A DNA stretch of 64,000 bases. Source: Pseudomonadota bacterium (GTDB lineage Archaea > Thermoplasmatota > SW-10-69-26 > JACQPN01 > JAJPHT01). The DNA lies in the NCBI GenBank assembly GCA_021325135.1, contig JAJPHT010000015.1, forward strand, positions 64,001 through 128,000, in the 5' to 3' direction. Positions within the stretch are counted from its first letter, which is position 1. Each line of letters opens with the position of its first letter. Shown piece by piece: positions 54,687-62,418 of the stretch. The translations under genes were made by a program, and so were the position numbers. The notes under the pieces were generated by a model, which ran no database searches, had not been told where the DNA came from, and worked only from the letters and a program-made list of their open reading frames with translations.

Positions 54687-54717
54687 TTATGTGCCACAAA
54701 ACGCATCTTATGTGCCA
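54687..54717 (+). promoter_or_regulatory. Fic promoter with 10-bp direct repeat (operator candidate)
   Basis: ttatgtgcca at 54687 and 54708 (21-bp period) overlapping TATA-like aaatttat and the ATG. Confidence 0.6.
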
Positions 54718-55820
54718 TGCGGCGCCCCGAGTTTGGCCCATATCGGGTGACGGAGCGCACCGCCTGGAGGCCTGAGGAGGCGCCCTGGCCGCCGACGTAC
54801 TCGGTGGAGCCGCGGGTCCACGAGTGCCTGCGCGAGGTCGAGCGCGCGGACCAGGACCTTCGCCGGCCCATCGGCCTCGCCGAGGCGCAGCGGCTCGCGG
54901 AGCGCGCGTTGGCCCGCAACGCGTGGGGCACCGCGGGCATCGAGGGCAACCCCATGACGCTCGCCGAGGTGGAGAGCCTCCTCGCGCGCCAGCCGACGCC
55001 CACCTCGGCGACGCTGCCCGCCGAGCGGGAGATCCTCAACACGGCAAGCCTGCTCCTGGACCTTGAGGACTGGCGCATCCCGCGGACGGTCTCCGAGGTG
55101 CTGGACCTCCACGCGTTCCTCTTCGACGGCGTGCTGGCCGACGCGGGGGAGCTCAAGCGCGTCGTGAACTTCGTGGGCGACCGCGGCGCGCGCGAGGTCG
55201 TGTACGTGCCCACGCCGCCTGGGCGCGTCGAGGAGGAGCTTCGCGACGCGCTGCGCTGGCTCCTCTACGCGCCGGAGCACCCCATGGTCAAGGCCATGGT
55301 GTTCTTCCACGAGCTCCAGGCCATCCATCCGTTCCGCGACGGAAATGGCCGCGCTGGGCGCGCGCTCCACGCCATCGCGCTCCACGAGTGGGGCTATCCC
55401 GGCGTCCGCCTCGCGACCCTCGACGCCGCGTTCAACGAGGACCGCGAAGGATATCACGGCGCGCTGCTGGCCGCGGAGCGCGGCTGGGACCGCACGCCGT
55501 GGCTGCGCTACGTGGCGGGCGTCACGCGCGACGCGTTCGCGGACGCCGTGCGGCGCGCGCTCCTTGCGGGGGAGCTTCCGCCCGGGCTCAACGGGCGGCA
55601 GGCCGCGCTCGCGGAGTGGTTCGCGCGGGGCGGGAGCGGCCGCGCGGTGAAGTTCGCCGACGCGCACGCGGCCTTCCCCCACGTCGCGGAGCGCACGCTG
55701 AAGCGCGACCTCGCCGCGCTGCGCGAGGCGCGCGTCGTGCGCATGCAGGGCGAGCGGAAGGGCGCATCGTACCGGTTCGCAATTCACAGGAATCCACGAG
55801 GATCCAAGCCGAAGCCATGA
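54717..55820 (+). CDS. Fic family protein with C-terminal wHTH
   Basis: HPFRDGNGRAGR; N-terminal inhibitory TAGIEG; ERTLKRDLAAL. Confidence 0.92.
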   Translation: MRRPEFGPYRVTERTAWRPEEAPWPPTYSVEPRVHECLREVERADQDLRRPIGLAEAQRLAERALARNAWGTAGIEGNPMTLAEVESLLARQPTPTSATLPAEREILNTASLLLDLEDWRIPRTVSEVLDLHAFLFDGVLADAGELKRVVNFVGDRGAREVVYVPTPPGRVEEELRDALRWLLYAPEHPMVKAMVFFHELQAIHPFRDGNGRAGRALHAIALHEWGYPGVRLATLDAAFNEDREGYHGALLAAERGWDRTPWLRYVAGVTRDAFADAVRRALLAGELPPGLNGRQAALAEWFARGGSGRAVKFADAHAAFPHVAERTLKRDLAALREARVVRMQGERKGASYRFAIHRNPRGSKPKP

Positions 55821-55862
55821 TGCTCTGCGCTGGGCCTGGCCCCCCAGCTTGGAGCGCATCGC

Positions 55863-56759
55863 ATGATCCGCAAGCTCGTCCTCGTCGCCGCCTGCCTTCT
55901 CCTCCTTCCCACCATCCCCATGACCGGCGCGGAGGACCCGCTGATGAAGGTCATGGAGCTGAAGGCCCCGGCCCCCGCGTGGTTCACCCCCGAGGTCGCG
56001 GCGGCCGCGGAGAAGGCCTCCGCCGAGGGCAAGCTCCTCGACCCCTTCACGGGCGAGACGTTCACGCCCGCGCAGGCGGCGCGCCTGTCCACGACCTCCA
56101 CCCCCGTCCCCGTGGGCGCGCCCGACTACCTGTTCATCCGCCCCGGCGCGCTGCTCCTCACCTCGGGCGTCACGGGCAGCTTCTGCACGTACAACTTCAT
56201 CTACGGCGCGGGGACGCAGATCGGGACGGCCGGCCACTGCGTGAGCGCCGTGGGCCAGCGCCTCTTCATCCTCTCAAGCTCGACGATCAACAGCGGCCTG
56301 CCCCTCCTGGCCGCGCTCGGCTCGGTCAACTCCTTCCACAACAACGGCATCGGGGACGACTGGGCCCTCATCGACATCGACTCGCAGTGGCTCTCCTCGG
56401 TGGACCCCAACATGGCTTGGCTCGGTGGCCCCAGCTGCGCCGCGTGGACCGGCGGCGTGGGCGTCGTGAAGCACACCGGCCACGGCATCCAGACGGGCCT
56501 CGTCGCGTCGGTGCCCCGCATGAGCGCGAACCTCGCGAGCAACGGCAGGAGCTTCGAGGGCGTGGGCGAGCTTTCGGGCGGCGACTCGGGCTCCCCGGCG
56601 GTCCAGGTCTCGACCAGCGCCAACTGCGCCATGGGCTCCGCCGCGGGCATCCTCACGCACTGCGCGACCGTGACCGGGACGGAGTGCCTGCCGGTCTTCT
56701 TCGGGACGGACATCCGCAGGGTGCCCGCCACCGTGACCACTGGCTTCGACCCGCTCTGA
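55863..56759 (+). CDS. Secreted S1 serine protease (tandem copy 1)
   Basis: GTAGHC, DWALI, GDSGSP. Confidence 0.9.
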   Translation: MIRKLVLVAACLLLLPTIPMTGAEDPLMKVMELKAPAPAWFTPEVAAAAEKASAEGKLLDPFTGETFTPAQAARLSTTSTPVPVGAPDYLFIRPGALLLTSGVTGSFCTYNFIYGAGTQIGTAGHCVSAVGQRLFILSSSTINSGLPLLAALGSVNSFHNNGIGDDWALIDIDSQWLSSVDPNMAWLGGPSCAAWTGGVGVVKHTGHGIQTGLVASVPRMSANLASNGRSFEGVGELSGGDSGSPAVQVSTSANCAMGSAAGILTHCATVTGTECLPVFFGTDIRRVPATVTTGFDPL

Positions 56760-56833
56760 TTTTCACAGGAATCCCCGACGGGCGGAGCCGAAGGCATGAT
56801 GCTCTCCGCTTCGCCTGGCGGGCCCTGGTTCCC

Positions 56834-57703
56834 TTGATCCGAACGATGATCCTTCTTGCCACCTGCCTTCTCGTGCTCCCTGCGCTCCCCATGGGCGGCG
56901 CGGAGCAGGCGACGACCATCATGGAGCTGAAGGCCAAGGCGCCCGACTGGTGGACGCCCGAGGTCAAGCTCGCCGCGCAGCGCGCCGCCGCGGAGGGCAA
57001 GCTCCTCAACCCGCTCACGGGCCAGACGTACACGCCGGAGGAGGCCTCCGCGCTGGTCACGGTCCCCGCGGGCTCGCCGGACTACCTCTTCATCCGCCCC
57101 GGCTCGCTGGCGCTCACCGAGAGCGGCTTCCTCTGCACGTACAACTTCATCTACACCGGCGGCACGCAGATCGGCACGGCGGGCCACTGCCCCTCGTACC
57201 ACAACGAGCCGTTCTACATCCTCTCGACCCCCGCGCCCACGATCCCGCTGGTCACGGCGCTGGGCGTCGCGTCCTCCTACAGCAACGGCGGCATCGGCAA
57301 CGACTGGGCGCTCATCACCATCAACGCGGGCTGGCGCTCCTGGGTCGACCCCAACATGGCGTGGCTCGGCGGCCCCAGCTGCGCCGCGTGGAACGGCGGC
57401 GCGGGCGCGGTCAAGACCACTGGCCACGGCATCCAGACGGGCCTCCTCGCGTCCGTGCCGCGCGTGAGCCAGGCGACCGGGAGCAACGGGAGCAGCTTCA
57501 CGGGCGACGGCGAGGTCTCCGAGGGCGACTCGGGCTCGCCCATGATCCAGGTGCAGGCGACCCTCGGCTGCTCCATGGGCGCGGCCGCGGGCATCCTCAC
57601 GCACTGCGCGAGCGTCGGCGGCACCGTGTGCCTGCCCATCTACTACGCCACGGACATCCGCGTCGTCCCCGCGACGGTGGTGACCGGCCTCGATCCGGCC
57701 TGA
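56834..57703 (+). CDS. Secreted S1 serine protease (tandem copy 2)
   Basis: GTAGHC, DWALI, GDSGSP; TTG start aligned to copy 1 (alternative ATG 56846). Confidence 0.9.
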   Translation: MIRTMILLATCLLVLPALPMGGAEQATTIMELKAKAPDWWTPEVKLAAQRAAAEGKLLNPLTGQTYTPEEASALVTVPAGSPDYLFIRPGSLALTESGFLCTYNFIYTGGTQIGTAGHCPSYHNEPFYILSTPAPTIPLVTALGVASSYSNGGIGNDWALITINAGWRSWVDPNMAWLGGPSCAAWNGGAGAVKTTGHGIQTGLLASVPRVSQATGSNGSSFTGDGEVSEGDSGSPMIQVQATLGCSMGAAAGILTHCASVGGTVCLPIYYATDIRVVPATVVTGLDPA

Positions 57704-58006
57704 GCAACGCGTCCTCGTCCGCCTGCCTGACGCTGCGACGCCTTCGCGGCCGCTTCCACGCGAGGGAGCGCGCCTCTAACAGCCACCGCCAGGCCGCGGG
57801 CTCGTCCGCTGGGACAGAAGGCCGCCCGCAGAAACGACGCGGGCGGGAAGGTGGTACTGGGCCATCCGGGCCCATTCTCCTCCTGGCGGTCCGGCTGTAT
57901 GGAGGCTTCTCCTCCACCACCGGGAGGGAGAACAAGCCGCGTCTCTGCACGGCTTCGCGCGCGCGTTGGAGCAACGTTTAGGTTCCCGCAGCCAGCGTGG
58001 CGGAGC

Positions 58007-58990
58007 GTGCGTCTTGCCGATGACCGTCTTGCCACGCTCCGCGAGTTCGGCGTGTCGGAATACCAGGCCCGCGTGTACCTGGCGCTGCTGGAGCTGGGCA
58101 AGACCGACGCCCGCGCCGTGGCCCGCATGGCCAAGGTCCCGATCTCGAAGATCTACCAGACGCTCCAGCAGCTCCACGAGCGCGGCCTCGCGACGCTCTA
58201 CGCCGAGAATCCCCGGAAGTTCGCGCCGGTCCCCATCGCCGAGTTCCTCGACCGGCTCAAGTCCGAGCACGCCTCCCAGATCGCGCAGCTGGACGACGTC
58301 CGCGAGGCGATGACGTCGGCCTTCGCGCCCAAGGCGACCGACGCGGCCAGGGGCGACGACCGCGGCTCGGTGCTCGCCTTGCGCGGGCGCGCCCAGGGCA
58401 TCGAGGCGATGCGGCAGGTGGCCGCCTCCGCGCAGGAGGAGCTCATCGTCGTGGCGTCCGCCGGCATGCAGGCGCCCGAAGGCCGGCGCCTTCTCCAGGC
58501 GGTGCTCGCGACGGCGCGCCCCGGCATCGTCCGCCTGGGCGCGGCGGACGCGGGCGTGCGCGAGTGGGCCGAGCCCTCCGTGCTCCTCGTGGCGGACCGG
58601 CGCGAGTCGATCCTCCTCTCGTTCGTGCCCGACGACGGCGAGCGCCGCGGAGGCGCGGACATGGGCGTGCGCGTCGAGCATCCGGACCTGGCGCGCTCGC
58701 TCGCCTCGCTGGCGCTCCGCTCGCCGGCCGAGGCGATCCCGCCGCCGGAGCGGGGGGCATCGTGCGACAGCGGGCGGTGGAGCGCGCTCTCCCGCGATTT
58801 CCTGGAGGCGACCCGCAGCGCGCGGGAGCTGCGCGAAGCGGGGCAGGCGCACGCCCGCCGCGCGGAGGCGCTCATGGCCACGTCGAGGCGCCTCGTCGAG
58901 GAGAACCGCAGGCTCCGCGCGGGGCTGCAGGAGAGGCCGGCGGAGGGCGCCCGCGGCGGGCGGCTCACCCGACGGTCAGCGTCAGGATGA
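58007..58990 (+). CDS. TrmB family transcriptional regulator
   Basis: L.EFGVSEYQARVYLALL..G...A..VA....VP.SKIY..L..L. Confidence 0.88.
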   Translation: MRLADDRLATLREFGVSEYQARVYLALLELGKTDARAVARMAKVPISKIYQTLQQLHERGLATLYAENPRKFAPVPIAEFLDRLKSEHASQIAQLDDVREAMTSAFAPKATDAARGDDRGSVLALRGRAQGIEAMRQVAASAQEELIVVASAGMQAPEGRRLLQAVLATARPGIVRLGAADAGVREWAEPSVLLVADRRESILLSFVPDDGERRGGADMGVRVEHPDLARSLASLALRSPAEAIPPPERGASCDSGRWSALSRDFLEATRSARELREAGQAHARRAEALMATSRRLVEENRRLRAGLQERPAEGARGGRLTRRSASG

Positions 58991-59450
58991 CCGCGTTGGC
59001 CTGCGAGTCGAGGATGCGCAGCGTGTCGCCGCTGTTGGCCTCGACGTGGAGAAGGTCTCCGGCGCCGATCACCGTGGAGGCCGACGTGACGTAGCTGCCG
59101 CCGGTGCACGCGGCGAAGGCGGCGGGCCCTGCGCTGCCGGGCGGGTTGGCGCACGCGCCGGCGGTGAGATACTGCGTCTGCTGCACGCCGTTCACCGTGA
59201 TCCTGAGGTCGCTCCACTTGATGCCGCTGCCGGCGGACGCGATGGTGTACGTCTTGTTGCTCGACGCGAGGGCGCCCGCGCTGGTGAGGGAGATGCTCTT
59301 CTGCGGCGCGCTCGACTGGGCGCCGAATCCGGACACCCAGACGTAGACGGTCGCCGCGAGCACGACGGTGATGGCGACCATGAGGATGACCGCGATGACG
59401 GGGGAGACGGCGTCGTCGCGGCGGCGGAGGAGCGTTCGGAGGTTCGTCAT
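58965..59450 (-). CDS. Archaeal type IV pilin (DUF1628-type)
   Basis: Class III signal DA/VSPVIAVILMVAITVVLAATVYVWV. Confidence 0.92.
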   Translation of the reverse strand: MTNLRTLLRRRDDAVSPVIAVILMVAITVVLAATVYVWVSGFGAQSSAPQKSISLTSAGALASSNKTYTIASAGSGIKWSDLRITVNGVQQTQYLTAGACANPPGSAGPAAFAACTGGSYVTSASTVIGAGDLLHVEANSGDTLRILDSQANAVILTLTVG

Positions 59451-59622
59451 GGGGGTCACTCACCGCTGGTGAGCCCCGCATCTGATGAGCGTGGCGCTAC
59501 GGCCACAGGGCCAATCCGACCTTCCGCGCCAGCGGGAGCCCTGGAGAAGAGGGGAATGAAAAGAGGCTGGGGAGAAGGGAGGCGGGCGGGGCGCCAGGCC
59601 CCGCGGGAGGCTCAAGGCGCGA

Positions 59623-60093
59623 TCAGCCGACCGTGAGGGTCAGCATGACGGCGTTGGCCTGCGAGTCGAGGATGCGCAGCGTGTCGCCGCTGTTGGCCTG
59701 GATCTTGATGAGGTCGCCGGCGCTGATGACGTTGCCCGAGGAGCTCACGGTGGTGCCGCCGCTGCAGGGCGTGTAGCTGGCGGCCGCCGTGGGGTTGCCG
59801 CAGCTTGCGACCGAGCCGAAGCTCTGGGTGACGCCGTTCACGGTGAGCGTGATGTCGCTCCACTTCATGCCCGTGGTGGCGGAGGCGATGGCGTAGGTCT
59901 TGTTGCTGGAGGAGAGCGCGCCCGCGCTGGTGAGCGAGATGCTCTTCTGCGGGTTGCCGCTCTGGGCGCCGAATCCGGACACCCAGACGTACACGGTCGC
60001 CGCGAGCACGACGGTGATGGCGACCATGAGGATGACGGCGATGACCGGGGAGACGGCGTCCTCGGCGTTCTGGAACTTCTGGTTGGCCTTCAT
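59623..60093 (-). CDS. Archaeal type IV pilin (DUF1628-type), paralog
   Basis: Same N-terminal helix; near-identical C-terminus. Confidence 0.92.
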   Translation of the reverse strand: MKANQKFQNAEDAVSPVIAVILMVAITVVLAATVYVWVSGFGAQSGNPQKSISLTSAGALSSSNKTYAIASATTGMKWSDITLTVNGVTQSFGSVASCGNPTAAASYTPCSGGTTVSSSGNVISAGDLIKIQANSGDTLRILDSQANAVMLTLTVG

Positions 60094-60233
60094 TGGGTCA
60101 CTCGAACCCAACGTGCCGTCAGGGGGACATAAGGGGGCAGGTCAGGGCGGAAAGACCACGAAGGACCTGAGGCACCGGGGCCTTGGGCCCCGACCTGTTC
60201 AGGTGCGGCCCCGGGCCCCTGGGGAAGGGGAGC

Positions 60234-60368
60234 CTATCGCTGGCCGCCCTTCTTCCCGGCCTCGGAGCGCTGCCGGCGCTCCGCCTCGCTGAGGCCCTCC
60301 TCCTCGTGCTTGCGCTGGAGCGCCTCGGAGCCTTTCTTCCCGGCCTCGCTGCGGGGGTTCTCAGCCAT
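60234..60368 (-). CDS. 44-aa KGG/GsiB-like hydrophilin (not in ORF track)
   Basis: MAENPRSEAGKKGSEALQRKHEEEGLSEAERRQRSEAGKKGGQR; 8-bp overlap with upstream KGG gene. Confidence 0.75.
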   Translation of the reverse strand: MAENPRSEAGKKGSEALQRKHEEEGLSEAERRQRSEAGKKGGQR

Positions 60369-60579
60369 TCGCGTTCCGCTCCTCGGCGCCCTTGCGGCCG
60401 ATCTCGCTCATGTGCTCGCGGTCCTGGCTGACCTTCTTGCCGCCCTTGCGGCCGATCTCGGCCATGTGCTCGCGGTCCTGGCTGACGGCCTCGCCGCCGG
60501 CCTTGGCCACGCGCTCTCGGGTCTGCTCGTCGGCGCTGGCGAGGCCTCGGTTGCTGCTCTCTTCTTCCGGCACTCTCAT
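60361..60579 (-). CDS. KGG-repeat stress protein (YciG/GsiB/Em-like)
   Basis: RGLAS...VA..GGEAVSQDREHMAEIGRKGG repeated. Confidence 0.9.
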   Translation of the reverse strand: MRVPEEESSNRGLASADEQTRERVAKAGGEAVSQDREHMAEIGRKGGKKVSQDREHMSEIGRKGAEERNANG

Positions 60580-60720
60580 CTCTCCTGGACGCGCGAACGC
60601 GCGCGTCCCACGGGCCCGCGCTGATGGGCATCCCCCTTGAACCAAACCGCTCGAACGTCGCTCCTCGCGCGGCCCGCTTTGGGATGCCCGCTGCGCGCTT
60701 CTCTCTCTGTATCTCTCTGC

Positions 60721-60830
60721 GTCAAGGGTCCAAAGAACGCGACGAGCGCCACGAGCGCAAAGGACGCAAAGGAAGAAATCATCGCGACCTTGGCGCTCTT
60801 CGCGCTCGTCGCGTTCTTTGGACCCTTGAC
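60721..60830. repeat. 29-bp perfect inverted repeat
   Basis: gtcaagggtccaaagaacgcgacgagcgc / gcgctcgtcgcgttctttggacccttgac; loop contains cgcaaagga twice. Confidence 0.88.
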
Positions 60831-60911
60831 CAGGGAGCCTGGCCGCGGGCGCCCGGGCGCCCGACACGCTTAAAGACCCCCTCCCTTTTCGCCGCCCCGA
60901 GAGGCCCGTCC

Positions 60912-62201
60912 ATGGTCTTCGAGTTCAAGCTCCCCGACATCGCCGAGGGCGTGCATGAAGGCGAGATCGTCGCCTGGCACGTCAAGCCCGGACAGGCCGT
61001 GAAGGAGGACCAGGACATGGTCGAGGTCATGACCGACAAGGCGACGGTCATGATCAAGAGCCCCAAGGCCGGCACCATCGCCGAGCTGAAGGCCAAGGAG
61101 GGGCAGACCGTCAAGGTGGGCGACGTCATCATCACCATCAACGCCGGAGGCGCCGCCCCCGCCGCGGCCGCGGCTCCCGCCCCGGCCGCCGCCGAGGAGA
61201 AGACCCTCTTCGACCTGCCCAGCGAGTTCAGCGGCGCCTCGAAGCTCAAGAAGCAGGCCCCCAAGGCGGAGGCCGCCCCCGTGGCGCCCGCCGCGCCCGC
61301 CCCCGTGGCCGCCGCGCGCTCCGCCACCCTCGCCGCGCCCGCCATCCGCTGGGCCGCCCGCGAGAAGGGCGTCGACCTCAACCTCGTCCCCGCCAGCGGC
61401 CCCAACGGCCGCGTCACCACCGCGGACTGGGAGGCGTTCCTGGCGAAGCCCGCAGGCGTCGCCGCGCCCGCCGCGCCCCAGGTCGCCGTCTCCGCGGCCG
61501 ACGAGGTCGTGCCGCTCAAGGGTCTGCGCAAGGCCATCTTCGAGAACATGCAGCGCAGCGAGGCCAACGCCGTCCCTTTCACCTACTGGGACGAGGCCGA
61601 CGTCACCGACCTCGTGAAGCTCCGCAAGGACGCGCAGCAGCTCGCGGCCGCGCAGGGCGTCAAGCTGAGCTATCTCCCCTTCATCGTGAAAGCGTGCGTC
61701 GCGGCGCTCAAGCAGCACCCCGACGTCAACGCGTGGGTCGACGAGCAGAGCCGCAGCCTCGTGCGCAAGAGGGAGTATCACATCGGCATCGCGACCGCCA
61801 CGGAGCGCGGCCTCACCGTCGTCGTCGTGCGCAACGCCGACAAGAAGAGCATCTTCGAGATCGCGCGCGAGATCGACGCGCTCGCCGAGAAGGCGCGCGC
61901 CGGCAAGGCCTCCCGCGAGGAGCTGACGGGCTCCACCTTCACCATCACGAGCCTCGGCAAGGACGGCGGCCTGGGCGCGACGCCGGTCATCAACCACCCC
62001 GAGGTCGCGATCCTGGGCATCCACAAGATCGAGGCGCGCGCCAAGGTCAACGAGGAGCGCGAGGTCGTCGTGCGCGACTGCATGAACGTCTCGGGCAGCT
62101 ACGACCACCGCTGGATCGACGGCCACGTCGCCGCCGCGTTCCAGCAGGTGATCATCCGCCTGCTCAGCCAGCCGAACCTTCTCCTGCTGGGCACCGCCTG
62201 A
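60912..62201 (+). CDS. pdhC: Dihydrolipoamide acyltransferase E2
   Basis: Lipoyl EVMTDKAT, E3-binding GPNGRVT, catalytic DHRWIDG. Confidence 0.94.
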   Translation: MVFEFKLPDIAEGVHEGEIVAWHVKPGQAVKEDQDMVEVMTDKATVMIKSPKAGTIAELKAKEGQTVKVGDVIITINAGGAAPAAAAAPAPAAAEEKTLFDLPSEFSGASKLKKQAPKAEAAPVAPAAPAPVAAARSATLAAPAIRWAAREKGVDLNLVPASGPNGRVTTADWEAFLAKPAGVAAPAAPQVAVSAADEVVPLKGLRKAIFENMQRSEANAVPFTYWDEADVTDLVKLRKDAQQLAAAQGVKLSYLPFIVKACVAALKQHPDVNAWVDEQSRSLVRKREYHIGIATATERGLTVVVVRNADKKSIFEIAREIDALAEKARAGKASREELTGSTFTITSLGKDGGLGATPVINHPEVAILGIHKIEARAKVNEEREVVVRDCMNVSGSYDHRWIDGHVAAAFQQVIIRLLSQPNLLLLGTA

Positions 62202-62210
62202 GGGCCCCGC

Positions 62211-62228
62211 CTGCCTGATATCAGGCAG
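62211..62228. repeat. 18-bp perfect palindrome after E2
   Basis: ctgcctgatatcaggcag. Confidence 0.7.
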
Positions 62229-62418
62229 ACGGCGACTCCCCTCTCCGGCGCGGTGGACCTAGACCATTTGCATCGGGAGCCCCTGGCACACGCGGCCCGC
62301 CGCATCCGGCCCAAGGTCCGGCCCGGCGGGAAAGGTGGTACTAGCGTCAGCCAGCCCCGCTTGGCGGGGCGGCAAGGCGCGCGGCGGGGCCGCGGGACCC
62401 CGCCCGCGTCGGGGGCGC

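Noticed and set aside
57842-57858. ggcggga(a)aggtggtact also seen near 62325
   Set aside because: Only two short copies and no clear downstream ORF or RNA; insufficient support
58965-60093. Archaellins
   Set aside because: N-terminus is the VSPVIAVILMVAITV pilin type and no arl genes are adjacent
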